52,402 nucleotides of DNA from Verrucomicrobiales bacterium (GCA_038139415.1 JAYOSV010000003.1:1-52402), one strand, 5' to 3'; shown: positions 19,230 through 28,830, counted from the first letter of the stretch. Notes: generated by a model not told the origin, from the letters alone. A program made the numbers and translations.

Positions 19230-20696
19230 CTATCTGACACGCTGTGCTTGAACGGCGTTGAATCGAGCGGAGGCCTGTTGCCATTCCTTGGCGTCGGTGG
19301 GCTGGAAGGTTTCCACATCCATCGAGTCTCGAACGCATTGGCGGGCGGTGGCCAGATCGGGGAGATGGCCGAGGGTGAGGGATTGGAGTAGCACATTACC
19401 CAGTGCGGTGGCTTCGGCGGGGCCGGCAATGACCTCCACCTCGCAGGCGTTGGCGGTAAATTGATTGAGCAACGCATTCCGACTGCCGCCGCCAACGATG
19501 TGGAGCTGGCGGATCGTGCGTCCTGAGAGCGCGGACACTTCATTCAGACGTTGGCGATACAGCAGGGCTAGGCTTTCCAGCGCGCATCGGATCAACGCGC
19601 CGGGCGAGGTCGGCGCGGTTTGGCCGGTCTCGCGGCAAAATTCGGTGATGGCGGCAATCATGCTTTCAGGTTTGAAGAAGCGTTCGTCGCTGGGATCGAT
19701 CAGGGCAGCAAAGGGTTTGGCATCGGCGGCGAGCTGGGCGAGCGTGGCGTAATCGTAATCCTCTCCGGCCTCGGCCCATTCTCTCCGGCATTCCTGCACG
19801 AGCCACAGGCCGATGATATTGCGCAAGAGACGCACGGTATTGCCGTGGCCGATTTCGTTGGTGAAATTCAATTCGCGGGCGGAGTCATTAATAATGGGCT
19901 CGGGCAACTCCACGCCGATCAGACTCCATGTGCCGGAGCTGAGGTAGGCCCATTGATCCCCATCGGCGGGGACGGCCGCGACGGCGGCGCCAGTGTCGTG
20001 ACTGCATGTGGCTAGCACCTCGATCTCGCTCAGCCCACTGGCGGCGGCCAATTCGGGTTTCAGTTTGCCCAGACGCGTGCCGCTGGGGATGAGTTCGGGG
20101 AACTTTGCCCGCGGCCAGCCGAAGGCTTCCAGTAGTTTGTCGGACCAATTGCGTGTGCGCGGGTTGTAAAGTTGCGTGGTGCTGGCCAGCGAAATTTCCG
20201 CCTTGGCCACGCCGCTAAGAAGATAATTGAAGCCGTCGCCCAAAGGCAGAAACGTGCGCATACGCTCAATGCGCTCGGGGGATTCGGCAGCCATTTGAAA
20301 GAGCGAATTGATCTGCATGAACTGGATGCCGGTCTCCTCGTACAAAGTCTCCCACGGCAGGGTGTCCAGCGTCCGGTCAATGCCGCGTTGGTTGCGGCTG
20401 TCGCGATAACAGAAGGTCGGCTCCATCACCGCACCGTTTCCATCGAGCAGAAAATAATCAAGCCCCCACGCATCCACGCTGATACTGGAAATGGGTAGGC
20501 CGCGTTGGCCAGCGAGCGCGAGGCCGGTCTGCAGCTCGGCAAACAAAGCTTCAACATTCCAGTGCCGGCCGACGGCATCCTCGATGGGCACATTCGGGAA
20601 CCGATGCAGTTCTTCCAGCGAAAGCCGGTTATCCTCCAGCGAACCCAGCATCAGCCGGCCGCTTTCGGCCCCGAGGTCACACGCGAGATAATGCAT
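19230..20696 (-). CDS. rhaB: Rhamnulokinase (FGGY family)
   Basis: YLACDLGAESGR, DAWGLDY, YRD, TGIQ, HDTGAAV, SSGTWSL, NFTNE, GGGSRN, EATALGN. Confidence 0.9.
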   Translation of the reverse strand: MHYLACDLGAESGRLMLGSLEDNRLSLEELHRFPNVPIEDAVGRHWNVEALFAELQTGLALAGQRGLPISSISVDAWGLDYFLLDGNGAVMEPTFCYRDSRNQRGIDRTLDTLPWETLYEETGIQFMQINSLFQMAAESPERIERMRTFLPLGDGFNYLLSGVAKAEISLASTTQLYNPRTRNWSDKLLEAFGWPRAKFPELIPSGTRLGKLKPELAAASGLSEIEVLATCSHDTGAAVAAVPADGDQWAYLSSGTWSLIGVELPEPIINDSARELNFTNEIGHGNTVRLLRNIIGLWLVQECRREWAEAGEDYDYATLAQLAADAKPFAALIDPSDERFFKPESMIAAITEFCRETGQTAPTSPGALIRCALESLALLYRQRLNEVSALSGRTIRQLHIVGGGSRNALLNQFTANACEVEVIAGPAEATALGNVLLQSLTLGHLPDLATARQCVRDSMDVETFQPTDAKEWQQASARFNAVQAQRVR

Positions 20697-20702
20697 GCAC
20701 GG

Positions 20703-20733
20703 ATTGAACCGCCAAGACACGAAGACGCCAAGA
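20703..20733 (-). promoter_or_regulatory. Putative rhaB promoter overlapped by three 8-nt direct repeats
   Basis: TTGGCG-N17-TTCAAT, then 6 nt to ATG. Plus strand reads CGCCAAGA-CACGAAGA-CGCCAAGA at 20710-20733. Confidence 0.4.
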
Positions 20734-20769
20734 TAAACTCACACGGTCGGGCGTGAGAATAAAGCGAGA

Positions 20770-20799
20770 TTGCCTTGCGCCGTGCTTTGCGTGTAGGCC
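20770..20799 (+). promoter_or_regulatory. Sigma70-like promoter of the fab operon, leaderless geometry
   Basis: TTGCCT-N18-TAGGCC, then 6 nt to ATG 20806. Confidence 0.4.
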
Positions 20800-20805
20800 A
20801 TCGGC

Positions 20806-21735
20806 ATGTCGAAGACGGCGTTTTTGTATGCGGGCCAAGGAGCGCAGGTGGTGGGCATGGGCAAGGATTTAGCCGAGGCCTATCCGGAAGCCCGCGCGCT
20901 GTTCGACCGCGCCAACGACGCATTGGGCTATGATCTCACGCAGATTTGTTTTGAAGGCCCGGAAGCGGAGCTGACCAAAACTGAAAACGCGCAGCCGGGA
21001 ATTTTCCTAGTCAGTTGGGTCGCCCAAGAGCTTCTCAAGTCACAAGTAACAACTCTCAAATCTGACGCAACCGCCGGCCTGTCCTTGGGCGAATTCACCG
21101 CCTTGACCGCCGCGGGTGTGATGTCCTTTGAGGACGGCCTGAATGTGGTGCGCCAGCGCGGGCGTTTCATGCAGGAAGCCTGCGAAGCGACCGAAGGCGG
21201 TATGGCGGCAATCATCGGACTGGACGAAGCAGCGACCCGCGAGGTGTGTGCGGAGGCTGAAGTGGAGTTGGCGAATTTAAATTGTCCGGGCCAACTGGTC
21301 ATTTCCGGCGCCTGCGCGAGCATCGAGAAGGCCTGCGAATTGGCCAAGGAACGCGGCGCCAAGCGCGCCCTGCCTTTGCCGGTGGCCGGCGCCTATCACT
21401 CACGCCTAATGGAAAGCGCCTGCCCGAAACTCGAGGCGGCCCTGCGCGAGGTGGAGTTGAATTTGCCTGGCGTGCCGGTGATTTCCAATGTCACCGCTCA
21501 ACCGCACGCCACGGCCGGCGAGATTCTCAATCGCCTCGTGGAACAGGTCACCTCCTCAGTGCAATGGGAGTCGTCCATCCGTTATCTAATTGACGACGGC
21601 GTCACGTGCTTCATTGAGCTTGGCCCGGGCAACGCCCTCACCGGTTTCATGCGTCGTATCGATCGCAGTTTGGAAGTGCACAATGTATCCGACGTGCCGA
21701 GCTTGGAAAAAACGGTTGCGGCATTGAGCGATTAA
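20806..21735 (+). CDS. fabD: Malonyl-CoA:ACP transacylase
   Basis: GQGAQ, AQPGI, GLSLGE, RGRFMQ, NCPGQ, AYHS; operon context. Confidence 0.95.
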   Translation: MSKTAFLYAGQGAQVVGMGKDLAEAYPEARALFDRANDALGYDLTQICFEGPEAELTKTENAQPGIFLVSWVAQELLKSQVTTLKSDATAGLSLGEFTALTAAGVMSFEDGLNVVRQRGRFMQEACEATEGGMAAIIGLDEAATREVCAEAEVELANLNCPGQLVISGACASIEKACELAKERGAKRALPLPVAGAYHSRLMESACPKLEAALREVELNLPGVPVISNVTAQPHATAGEILNRLVEQVTSSVQWESSIRYLIDDGVTCFIELGPGNALTGFMRRIDRSLEVHNVSDVPSLEKTVAALSD

Positions 21736-21771
21736 CCCTACTCACCACCCACAAGTCACGATTCACAAACT

Positions 21772-22512
21772 ATGTCTCTGGAAAACTTAACCGCAGTAGT
21801 CACCGGCGCGGGCCGGGGCATTGGGCGCGCCATTGCGCTGAAGCTGGCCGAGGCCGGCGCCAACGTGGTGTGCCTCTCGCGCACCGAAGCCAACTCACAA
21901 AAGGTGGCGGACGAGATCACGGCGCTCGGTCGGCAAAGCTGGGCGGTGGCGGTGGATGTCGGCGACACCGCGGCCGTGGAAGCAGCGGTGGCCAAGATTC
22001 TGGAGGACACCGGCGGCATTAACATTCTCGTCAACAACGCCGGCGTCACGCGCGACGGCCTATTGATGCGCATGAGCGAGGCGGATTGGGATGCCGTGCT
22101 GGATACCAACCTGAAATCGGTCTTCACGCTCACCAAGGCCTTTGCCCGGCCGATGCGCAAGGCGGATAACGCGCGCATCATCAACATTTCGTCGGTCGTC
22201 GGCCTAATGGGCAACGCCGGGCAGGCCAACTACGCGGCGAGCAAGGCCGGATTGATCGGGTTCACCAAAAGCTGCGCCAAGGAATTTGCCGTCAGCGGCA
22301 TCACCGTTAACGCAATCGCGCCTGGATTCATTGCCACGGATATGACCGATGAACTGAGCGACAAGGTTAAGGAGGCTATTAAGGCGAACATTCCGATGCG
22401 TAAATTCGGCGAGGTGGACGATATTGCCGAAGCCGTGGCCTATCTTGCCGGACCCGGCGCCCGCTACGTGACCGGTCAGGTGCTGACCGTGGACGGTGGT
22501 ATGGTGATGTAA
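21772..22512 (+). CDS. fabG: 3-oxoacyl-ACP reductase
   Basis: TGAGRGIG, NNAGVTRD, GNAGQANYAASKAG, VDGGM. Confidence 0.95.
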   Translation: MSLENLTAVVTGAGRGIGRAIALKLAEAGANVVCLSRTEANSQKVADEITALGRQSWAVAVDVGDTAAVEAAVAKILEDTGGINILVNNAGVTRDGLLMRMSEADWDAVLDTNLKSVFTLTKAFARPMRKADNARIINISSVVGLMGNAGQANYAASKAGLIGFTKSCAKEFAVSGITVNAIAPGFIATDMTDELSDKVKEAIKANIPMRKFGEVDDIAEAVAYLAGPGARYVTGQVLTVDGGMVM

Positions 22513-22624
22513 TGACTTTTTACTCCGAAAAGCACTGCGGATTTGTGAATAAAAAAACCCGACTCAGGGCTTGACGCTCGGCGAGAATTGGCTGACAAGC
22601 AACGCACATTTTTGAAGGAGCAAT

Positions 22625-22867
22625 ATGTCTGACGAAACAAGTACAGAAGATCGGATCAAGAAGATTGTGGTGGACCAACTGGGTGTGAAACCGGACCAGG
22701 TCACACCGGAAGCCAAATTCATTGAGGACCTCGGAGCCGATTCATTGGACACCGTGGAACTGGTGATGGCCCTCGAGGAGGAGTTCGGCAACGAAATCCC
22801 AGATGAGGAAGCCGAGAAACTGGTCACCGTCGGCCACGTGGTTAGCTATATCGAAGACAACGGTTAA
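22625..22867 (+). CDS. acpP: Acyl carrier protein
   Basis: [20 protein letters not shown]; clear Shine-Dalgarno GAAGGAG upstream. Confidence 0.97.
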   Translation: MSDETSTEDRIKKIVVDQLGVKPDQVTPEAKFIEDLGADSLDTVELVMALEEEFGNEIPDEEAEKLVTVGHVVSYIEDNG

Positions 22868-22884
22868 ACCGGCCCTTTCTTTTC

Positions 22885-22920
22885 GGGCAGCTGGCCAACC
22901 GGTTCGGCTGCCCATTTTTT
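22885..22920 (+). terminator. Intra-operon terminator-like hairpin between acpP and fabF
   Basis: GGGCAGCTGG / TCGGCTGCCC stem followed by ATTTTTT, abutting the fabF ATG. Confidence 0.65.
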
Positions 22921-24195
22921 ATGTCAAACACTGCGGACATACGGGTGGTCGTCACCGGAATGGGAGTGGCCTCCTCTCTGGGATGCGAGGTGGAATCCTT
23001 CTGGCAAAACGTCATCAACGGCGAATGCGGCATTGACCGCGTGACCTCATTTGATGTCAGCGATTTCGCGTGCCAAATCGCTGCGGAGATCAAGGACTTC
23101 GATCCCACTCCGGCCTTTCCAAACGCTAAAGAAGTGCGCCGGGCCGACCGTTTCACGCAGTTGGGCATCTACGCCGCCTGGAAGGCGCTGCAAGATTGCA
23201 GCATGAATCTGGACGAGCTTGACCGCGATCAAATCGGCTGCTTTATCGGCAGCGGCATTGGCGGTCTGGGTACGCAGGAGGCGCAGCACAGCGTTCTTAC
23301 TGGACGCGGCCCGGGGAAGATGTCGCCCTTCACCATTCCCATGCTCATCCTGAACATGGCTTCGGGTGTGTTCTCAATTTACAACGGTCTTCGCGGACCG
23401 AATGTCGCCACCTGTAGTGCCTGTGCCACCAGCACCCATGCGCTTGGGGAAGCTTGGCGCACGATCAAGATGGGTGATGCCAAGGCGATCTTTGCTGGGG
23501 GCGCTGAAGCCGCCGTCGTGCCGATGGGTATGGGCGGGTTTGCCGCCATGAAAGCCATGAGCACGCGCAACGATGATCCCAAGCATGCCTCGCGGCCGTT
23601 TGACAAGGATCGCGACGGCTTCGTGATGGGCGAAGGGGCGGGAGTCCTCGTGTTGGAGGAGATGGACCACGCGATCATGCGCGGTGCCAAGATTTACTGT
23701 GAGATTGTCGGCTACGGCAACACGGCGGACGCTAACCACCTCACCGCGCCGGATCCCGAAGGCAAAGGCGCGGCGCGCTGTATGCAAATGGCTCTGCGCA
23801 GCGGCGGTCTGGATGCGGACAATATCGATTACATCAACGCCCACGGCACAAGCACGCCTCAAGGCGATATATGCGAGACCAAGGCCGTTCGGTCTGTGTT
23901 CAAGGAACACGCCGACAAACTGGCCGTGAGTTCGACCAAAGGTGCCACCGGACACATGCTCGGCGCTGCCGGCGGCGTGGAAATGGTGCTGACGGCGAAG
24001 GCTCTGCAAACGGGCATTTTGCCGCCCACCATTAACATTGAGAATCAGGATCCGGAGTGTGATCTCGATTACGTGGCTAACACCGCCCGCGAGGTGGAGA
24101 TCAATGCCGCCCTCAGTAACTCCTTCGGATTTGGCGGTCACAACGCCACCATTGCCGCGACCAAGTTTCACGGCTACGCTGCCCGGGTGGACTAA
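22921..24195 (+). CDS. fabF: Beta-ketoacyl-ACP synthase II
   Basis: VVVTGMG, SACAT (Cys), SRPFDKDRDGFVMGEG, NAHGTST, GHMLGA, NSFGFGG. Confidence 0.96.
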   Translation: MSNTADIRVVVTGMGVASSLGCEVESFWQNVINGECGIDRVTSFDVSDFACQIAAEIKDFDPTPAFPNAKEVRRADRFTQLGIYAAWKALQDCSMNLDELDRDQIGCFIGSGIGGLGTQEAQHSVLTGRGPGKMSPFTIPMLILNMASGVFSIYNGLRGPNVATCSACATSTHALGEAWRTIKMGDAKAIFAGGAEAAVVPMGMGGFAAMKAMSTRNDDPKHASRPFDKDRDGFVMGEGAGVLVLEEMDHAIMRGAKIYCEIVGYGNTADANHLTAPDPEGKGAARCMQMALRSGGLDADNIDYINAHGTSTPQGDICETKAVRSVFKEHADKLAVSSTKGATGHMLGAAGGVEMVLTAKALQTGILPPTINIENQDPECDLDYVANTAREVEINAALSNSFGFGGHNATIAATKFHGYAARVD

Positions 24196-24275
24196 TCGTG
24201 CGGCCGGCGCCTCGCCGGTCTGCCAACGCTAACCGCCACGGAGCTGCAGGCAAAGACCCGGCAGCATTTGGAGCC

Positions 24276-25556
24276 ATGAACTTCCTAAACTTCATCGAAC
24301 GGAAACGGGATGGCCACGAATTATCCGCTGATGAAGTGGCCGAGTTGGTGAAGCACTTCACAGCCGACGCAATCCCCGATTACCAAATGGCTGCGTTCCT
24401 CATGGCGATCAACTGCCGAGGCATGAGTATGGCCGAGACGCGCGCCCTTACACTGGCCATGCGCGATAGCGGCACAGTGCTGGAGTTTCCCAAGGATGAT
24501 CGGCCGATCGTCGATAAACATTCGACCGGTGGCGTGGGCGATAAGGTTTCGCTGGTGCTGGCGCCTTTGCTGGCGTGTCTGGGTTTCCGAGTGCCGATGA
24601 TCTCCGGCCGCGGGTTGGGTATCACCGGCGGTACACTCGACAAACTCGAAAGTATTCCCGGCTTTGATACCCAACGAACCGCCGCGCAATTGATCGACCA
24701 AGTACAGTCGATCGGGGTGGCTTTGGGTGGGCAGACCGAAGAGATCGCACCGGCCGATCGCCGACTGTACGCATTGCGGGATGTTACCGGCACCGTTCCA
24801 TCGATTCCGCTGATCACCGCCAGCATCCTGTCCAAGAAACTGGCAGAAGGATTGGATGCGTTGGTGATGGATGTGAAGTTTGGTCGGGCGGCGTTTATGC
24901 GGGACCGCGAAGCGGCCGAGGCGTTGGCGCAATCGATCACGGCCTTGGCCGAGGAATGCGGCGTGACGTGTCGGGCGATGTTGAGTGATATGAACACACC
25001 CTTGGGCCGGGCGGCGGGCAATTGGCTGGAGGTGAAGGAAGCGATCGATTGCTTGGAAGGAGGTGGGCCGTCGGATTTGGAAATGTTAACCGTGTCACTG
25101 GCCGCCAATTTACCGGGCATTGATTCCGGACGCGTGCTGACCGAATTGGCCAGTGGCCGGCCACGGGAAAAGTTTACTGAACTGCTGGCCGCCCAAGGCA
25201 CGGATGTGGATGCCTTTGAACAACAACTGGCCGAGCCGGCGCTTGCTCCGGTGGTGCGGGAAGTGACAGCGCCGCAATCGGGCGTGGTAGTGCGCTGCGA
25301 TGCCCGTGCGATCGGAGAGCTGGTTCGCGATCTGGGTGGTGGCCGCCAAACCAAGGCAGATACGATCGATCCGGCAGTGGGCGTGGATCAATTGGCCAAG
25401 CCGGGTGAGGAATTGATCGCCGGCACGGTGTTGGCGCGGGTGCACGCGCGGGAAGAAACAAGCGCCGAAGCCGCCGTGGTGGGCTTGCAGGAATCGGTGA
25501 TCATTGGCGAAGAATTCCCGGATTTAGGCAAAATTGGGCCTGATTCAGTCGATTAA
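24276..25556 (+). CDS. pdp: Pyrimidine-nucleoside / thymidine phosphorylase
   Basis: DKHSTGGVGDK, SGRGLGITGGTLDKLESIPG, LYALRDVT, SILSKK. ATG 24276 chosen as start. Confidence 0.9.
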   Translation: MNFLNFIERKRDGHELSADEVAELVKHFTADAIPDYQMAAFLMAINCRGMSMAETRALTLAMRDSGTVLEFPKDDRPIVDKHSTGGVGDKVSLVLAPLLACLGFRVPMISGRGLGITGGTLDKLESIPGFDTQRTAAQLIDQVQSIGVALGGQTEEIAPADRRLYALRDVTGTVPSIPLITASILSKKLAEGLDALVMDVKFGRAAFMRDREAAEALAQSITALAEECGVTCRAMLSDMNTPLGRAAGNWLEVKEAIDCLEGGGPSDLEMLTVSLAANLPGIDSGRVLTELASGRPREKFTELLAAQGTDVDAFEQQLAEPALAPVVREVTAPQSGVVVRCDARAIGELVRDLGGGRQTKADTIDPAVGVDQLAKPGEELIAGTVLARVHAREETSAEAAVVGLQESVIIGEEFPDLGKIGPDSVD

Positions 25557-25564
25557 ATCACCCA

Positions 25565-25593
25565 TTGACACCGGCATTTATAGCTGGCACTAT
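25565..25593 (+). promoter_or_regulatory. Promoter upstream of rpmH
   Basis: Perfect TTGACA-N17-CACTAT with an extended -10 TG; a second TTGACA lies at 25625. Confidence 0.55.
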
Positions 25594-25657
25594 CCGCCGT
25601 TCCCCGAATCAAATTAGGGATTAATTGACATTTTTTGACCGTTTTTAGGCTGATTTC

Positions 25658-25795
25658 ATGAAACGCACATTCCAACCATCGAATTTGAAGCGCGCCCGCA
25701 AGCACGGCTTTCGCAGCCGCATGGCGACCAAAAGCGGCCAGGCCATCCTCAAGCGCCGCCGGCAAAAGGGTCGGGCTCGGCTGACACCCATCTAG
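25658..25795 (+). CDS. rpmH: 50S ribosomal protein bL34 (not in the ORF track)
   Basis: Translated by hand: [45 protein letters not shown]. Confidence 0.97.
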   Translation: MKRTFQPSNLKRARKHGFRSRMATKSGQAILKRRRQKGRARLTPI

Positions 25796-25797
25796 GC

Positions 25798-26160
25798 ATG
25801 AATCCGCCAGCCCGGCTGAGGCTGACGCGTGCCATGCGGCTCCGGCATCGGGCTGATTTTGCGCGCCTCAAGCAACAGGGCCACAGGCTGGCCAAGGGCT
25901 GTTTGGTTCTGAACTGGCAGGAACTGCCGCCCGGGAGTTCGTCCCGTTTCGCTGTGATTACCACCCGCAAACTCGGCAAAGCCGTCATCCGCAATCGTTG
26001 CCGCCGGCTCGTTCGCGAATGCGTGCGCCTGCATCAGCACGTGCTGCGGGTGCCAGTGGATATGGTTCTGATTGCCAGAGCCTCCATTGTCGGGCAATCC
26101 TTCACCACCGTGGAACGCGATTACCTCCGGCTCTTGCGCGAGGCGGCGCTCGTTGATTAA
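25798..26160 (+). CDS. rnpA: Ribonuclease P protein component
   Basis: RLRHRADF and the RNR motif KAVIRNRCRRLVRE; follows rpmH. Confidence 0.93.
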   Translation: MNPPARLRLTRAMRLRHRADFARLKQQGHRLAKGCLVLNWQELPPGSSSRFAVITTRKLGKAVIRNRCRRLVRECVRLHQHVLRVPVDMVLIARASIVGQSFTTVERDYLRLLREAALVD

Positions 26161-26415
26161 GTGAACCCTCTGCAACACATTCTGCTACTGCTCCTGAGAT
26201 TTTATCGCTGGGCCATTTCGCCGATGCTCACGGCGTTGGCGGGCGGAACCATTTGCCGCTTTGAACCCAGCTGCTCGCAATATGCGACGGAAGCGGTGAG
26301 ACAACACGGCGCCGTGCGCGGTTCTTGGCTCACGCTCAAGCGCTTGGGCCGTTGCCATCCCTGGGGCGGTTGCGGGCATGATCCCGTGCCGACCTCAGAA
26401 CAGAAACTTTCATAA
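26161..26415 (+). CDS. yidD: Membrane protein insertion efficiency factor
   Basis: [29 protein letters not shown]. Confidence 0.95.
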   Translation: MNPLQHILLLLLRFYRWAISPMLTALAGGTICRFEPSCSQYATEAVRQHGAVRGSWLTLKRLGRCHPWGGCGHDPVPTSEQKLS

Positions 26416-28344
26416 ATGGATCGTACTGGAAAAATTATCCTGATTGCCTCCGTGCTGTTGCTGTTAGGCGCGCCGGTGTTGCAAACCATGTTTGGACCGA
26501 AGGGCCAACCCACGCCGGAACCGGGCTCGGAACAAAACGCCACTTCCGTGACCAACACACCACCGGTTATTGGGCCGGCTCCGGAAGAGAACGGCACGGC
26601 CACGCCGGAGACGGCAACCAATAACCCGACCGCCTCCACCAATGCTGCCCCGGTGACCCCCAGCACGCAGCCCACGCCGGAACCGGTGGTAGAGGAAACC
26701 ACTGCCACACTGGAAAATGAATTTGTGAAGTTTACCTTCACTAGCCAGGGCGGCGGCGTGAAGAAGGTGGAGCTGAAACAGTTCCCAAAAGAAGTCGGCG
26801 AAGAGGTGGCCAATGCCGGGCCGGTGGAAATGAATCTGGACCGTGGTCGGCTGCCGTTGATGGCGTTTGAGCCGCGGACGGCCAGTACGGTTGATACCAA
26901 CCCGGCGGCCGATCGTCCTTATCCAGCGGCCGGTTCGGTGTACGACCTGACACATACTCACAGCAATGTGGTGATGACCGCCACGTTCGGCGATTGGAAA
27001 GTACGCAAGGTGTTTACCTTGGCGGCGGATTATCAGTTGCAAACTCAGGTGACGGTGAGCAATACCTCGACCAATTCGCTCAGTGAGGCGGATTTTTATC
27101 TTCTTGGCGGCACGGCTCATGAGCCGGTTGATGCCTCTCGCATGATGGGCCTGAACTTCGGCACCATGTGGTTTGATGGCGACGAAGAAACCAAGGTCGA
27201 TCAGGGTTGGTTCGATAATAAACCGCTTGGGTGCATGTGCATTCCGGGCGGGGATCCGCGCAACAACTACGCGGCCGGGCAGGGCAACGTGGAATGGCTC
27301 GGGGCCTACAGCCGCTTTTTCCTGCAGGCGGTGATTCCGGCCGAGCCAGGTTCGGCGGTGAGCGTGCATGAGTTTCGCCTGAATCCATTGAGTGACACTG
27401 AGGCGGTGGCCGCGGGCACTAAGGTGAAGAACAACCAGATGGCCTGGGAAACTGCCATGGCCATCAAGGTGCCGTCGTTGGCGCCCGGTACGGAGAAGAC
27501 CTTTAGCTACACCCTCTACACCGGCCCGCGCGAGTACGATCGCCTCAAGGCCATTGGCGCGGCCAATGGTGGTAATCAGTTTTATTTGTTGATGGACTTT
27601 GGGAAGTGGTTCGGCTGGGTGGCCGAGGGGTTGTTGCGCCTGATGAAGTGGATGGAGCCTCATCTAGGCTTTTTGAATTCGTTGAAGGTCAGCAGTTGGG
27701 CGTTGTCCATCATCGTCATCACTTTGGTGATCAAGTTGATTTTCTGGCCGATCACCGCCAAGAGCACGCGCGCCATGAAAAAGATGGCGCAGGTGAATGC
27801 CAAGATGATGCCCGAGATTACAAAGATTCGGGAAAAGTATAAGAACGATTACCAGAAGATGAACATGAAGATGATGGAGACGTACCAGAAGTATGGCGTC
27901 AATCCATTGTCTCAAATCGGCGGCTGCTTACCGATGGTCATCCAAATTCCGGTGTTCTTCGGATTCTTCACCATGCTGCGTAGCGCAGTGGAATTGCGTG
28001 GGTCGGAATTCCTCTGGGCGGCTGATTTGTCCGCACCGGATACCATTGCGGAGATCGCTGGCTTCCCGATTAATATTTTACCACTGTTGATGACCGGCAC
28101 CATGTTTCTGCAAATGAAGCTTCAACCGGTCGCCCCGAACATGGATCCCACTCAGCAGGCGATCATGAAATACATGCCGCTGATGTTCGTGGTGTTCTTT
28201 TATTCTGCCTCATCCGGCCTCTGCCTCTACTGGACCGTGCAAAACGTGTTGTCCATCATCCAAACCAAGATGACCAAGGTGGATCCTGACGAGGATAACA
28301 AGGTGGAAGTCATTCCGCCCGGCAAGAACCCGAAAAAAACCTGA
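26416..28344 (+). CDS. yidC: Membrane protein insertase
   Basis: N-terminal TM helix, periplasmic domain, YTGPR, DFGKWF, GGCLPMVIQIPVFF, FLWAADLS.PD, LYWTVQN. Confidence 0.95.
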   Translation: MDRTGKIILIASVLLLLGAPVLQTMFGPKGQPTPEPGSEQNATSVTNTPPVIGPAPEENGTATPETATNNPTASTNAAPVTPSTQPTPEPVVEETTATLENEFVKFTFTSQGGGVKKVELKQFPKEVGEEVANAGPVEMNLDRGRLPLMAFEPRTASTVDTNPAADRPYPAAGSVYDLTHTHSNVVMTATFGDWKVRKVFTLAADYQLQTQVTVSNTSTNSLSEADFYLLGGTAHEPVDASRMMGLNFGTMWFDGDEETKVDQGWFDNKPLGCMCIPGGDPRNNYAAGQGNVEWLGAYSRFFLQAVIPAEPGSAVSVHEFRLNPLSDTEAVAAGTKVKNNQMAWETAMAIKVPSLAPGTEKTFSYTLYTGPREYDRLKAIGAANGGNQFYLLMDFGKWFGWVAEGLLRLMKWMEPHLGFLNSLKVSSWALSIIVITLVIKLIFWPITAKSTRAMKKMAQVNAKMMPEITKIREKYKNDYQKMNMKMMETYQKYGVNPLSQIGGCLPMVIQIPVFFGFFTMLRSAVELRGSEFLWAADLSAPDTIAEIAGFPINILPLLMTGTMFLQMKLQPVAPNMDPTQQAIMKYMPLMFVVFFYSASSGLCLYWTVQNVLSIIQTKMTKVDPDEDNKVEVIPPGKNPKKT

Positions 28345-28346
28345 TT

Positions 28347-28808
28347 ATGACTATGTCTAGCAAACCGAAATCCATTCTGGAAACCATGCTGAACCATCTC
28401 GGCTTTGATGCTGCTGTGGAAGAAAGCGCGCTCGAGAGCGGCAGCCTGTTGAATGTACAGACTGAGGACGATCCCGGCCGCCTCATTGGCCGTCAGGGCC
28501 GCACTTTAAGCGACCTGCAATACCTCACCAACCGCCTGCTGATCGTGCAGGATAAGGAAGCACCCAAGGTAACGGTGGATGTTGGCAACTATCGCACTGA
28601 GAATCGCGCCGGCTTGATCGAAAAGGCCCAAGCCGCCGCCGAGAAGGCCCGTCGCTGGGGCGAGGCGGTAGAGATGGAACCGATGAACGCCTACGATCGC
28701 CGCGTGGTCCACGAGGCGTTGCGCGAGGTATCCGATGTCTCCACTGAATCCATCGAAGTGGAAGACGCTAACAAAAAAATGATTCTTGTCCGACCGGTAT
28801 CCGGCTAG
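28347..28808 (+). CDS. jag: Jag/KhpB RNA-binding protein, short KH + R3H form
   Basis: LIGRQGRTLSDLQYL (KH) and PMNAYDRRVVH (R3H); follows yidC. Confidence 0.88.
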   Translation: MTMSSKPKSILETMLNHLGFDAAVEESALESGSLLNVQTEDDPGRLIGRQGRTLSDLQYLTNRLLIVQDKEAPKVTVDVGNYRTENRAGLIEKAQAAAEKARRWGEAVEMEPMNAYDRRVVHEALREVSDVSTESIEVEDANKKMILVRPVSG

Positions 28809-28830
28809 GACCGTTGGAACAACTAGTTTG

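Noticed and set aside
20806..24195. Type II polyketide or aryl-polyene cluster
   Set aside because: Canonical fabD-fabG-acpP-fabF with no chain-length factor or tailoring enzymes.
25557..25657. Replication origin next to rpmH
   Set aside because: The spacer is only ~100 bp, has no TTATCCACA-like boxes, and there is no dnaA or dnaN.
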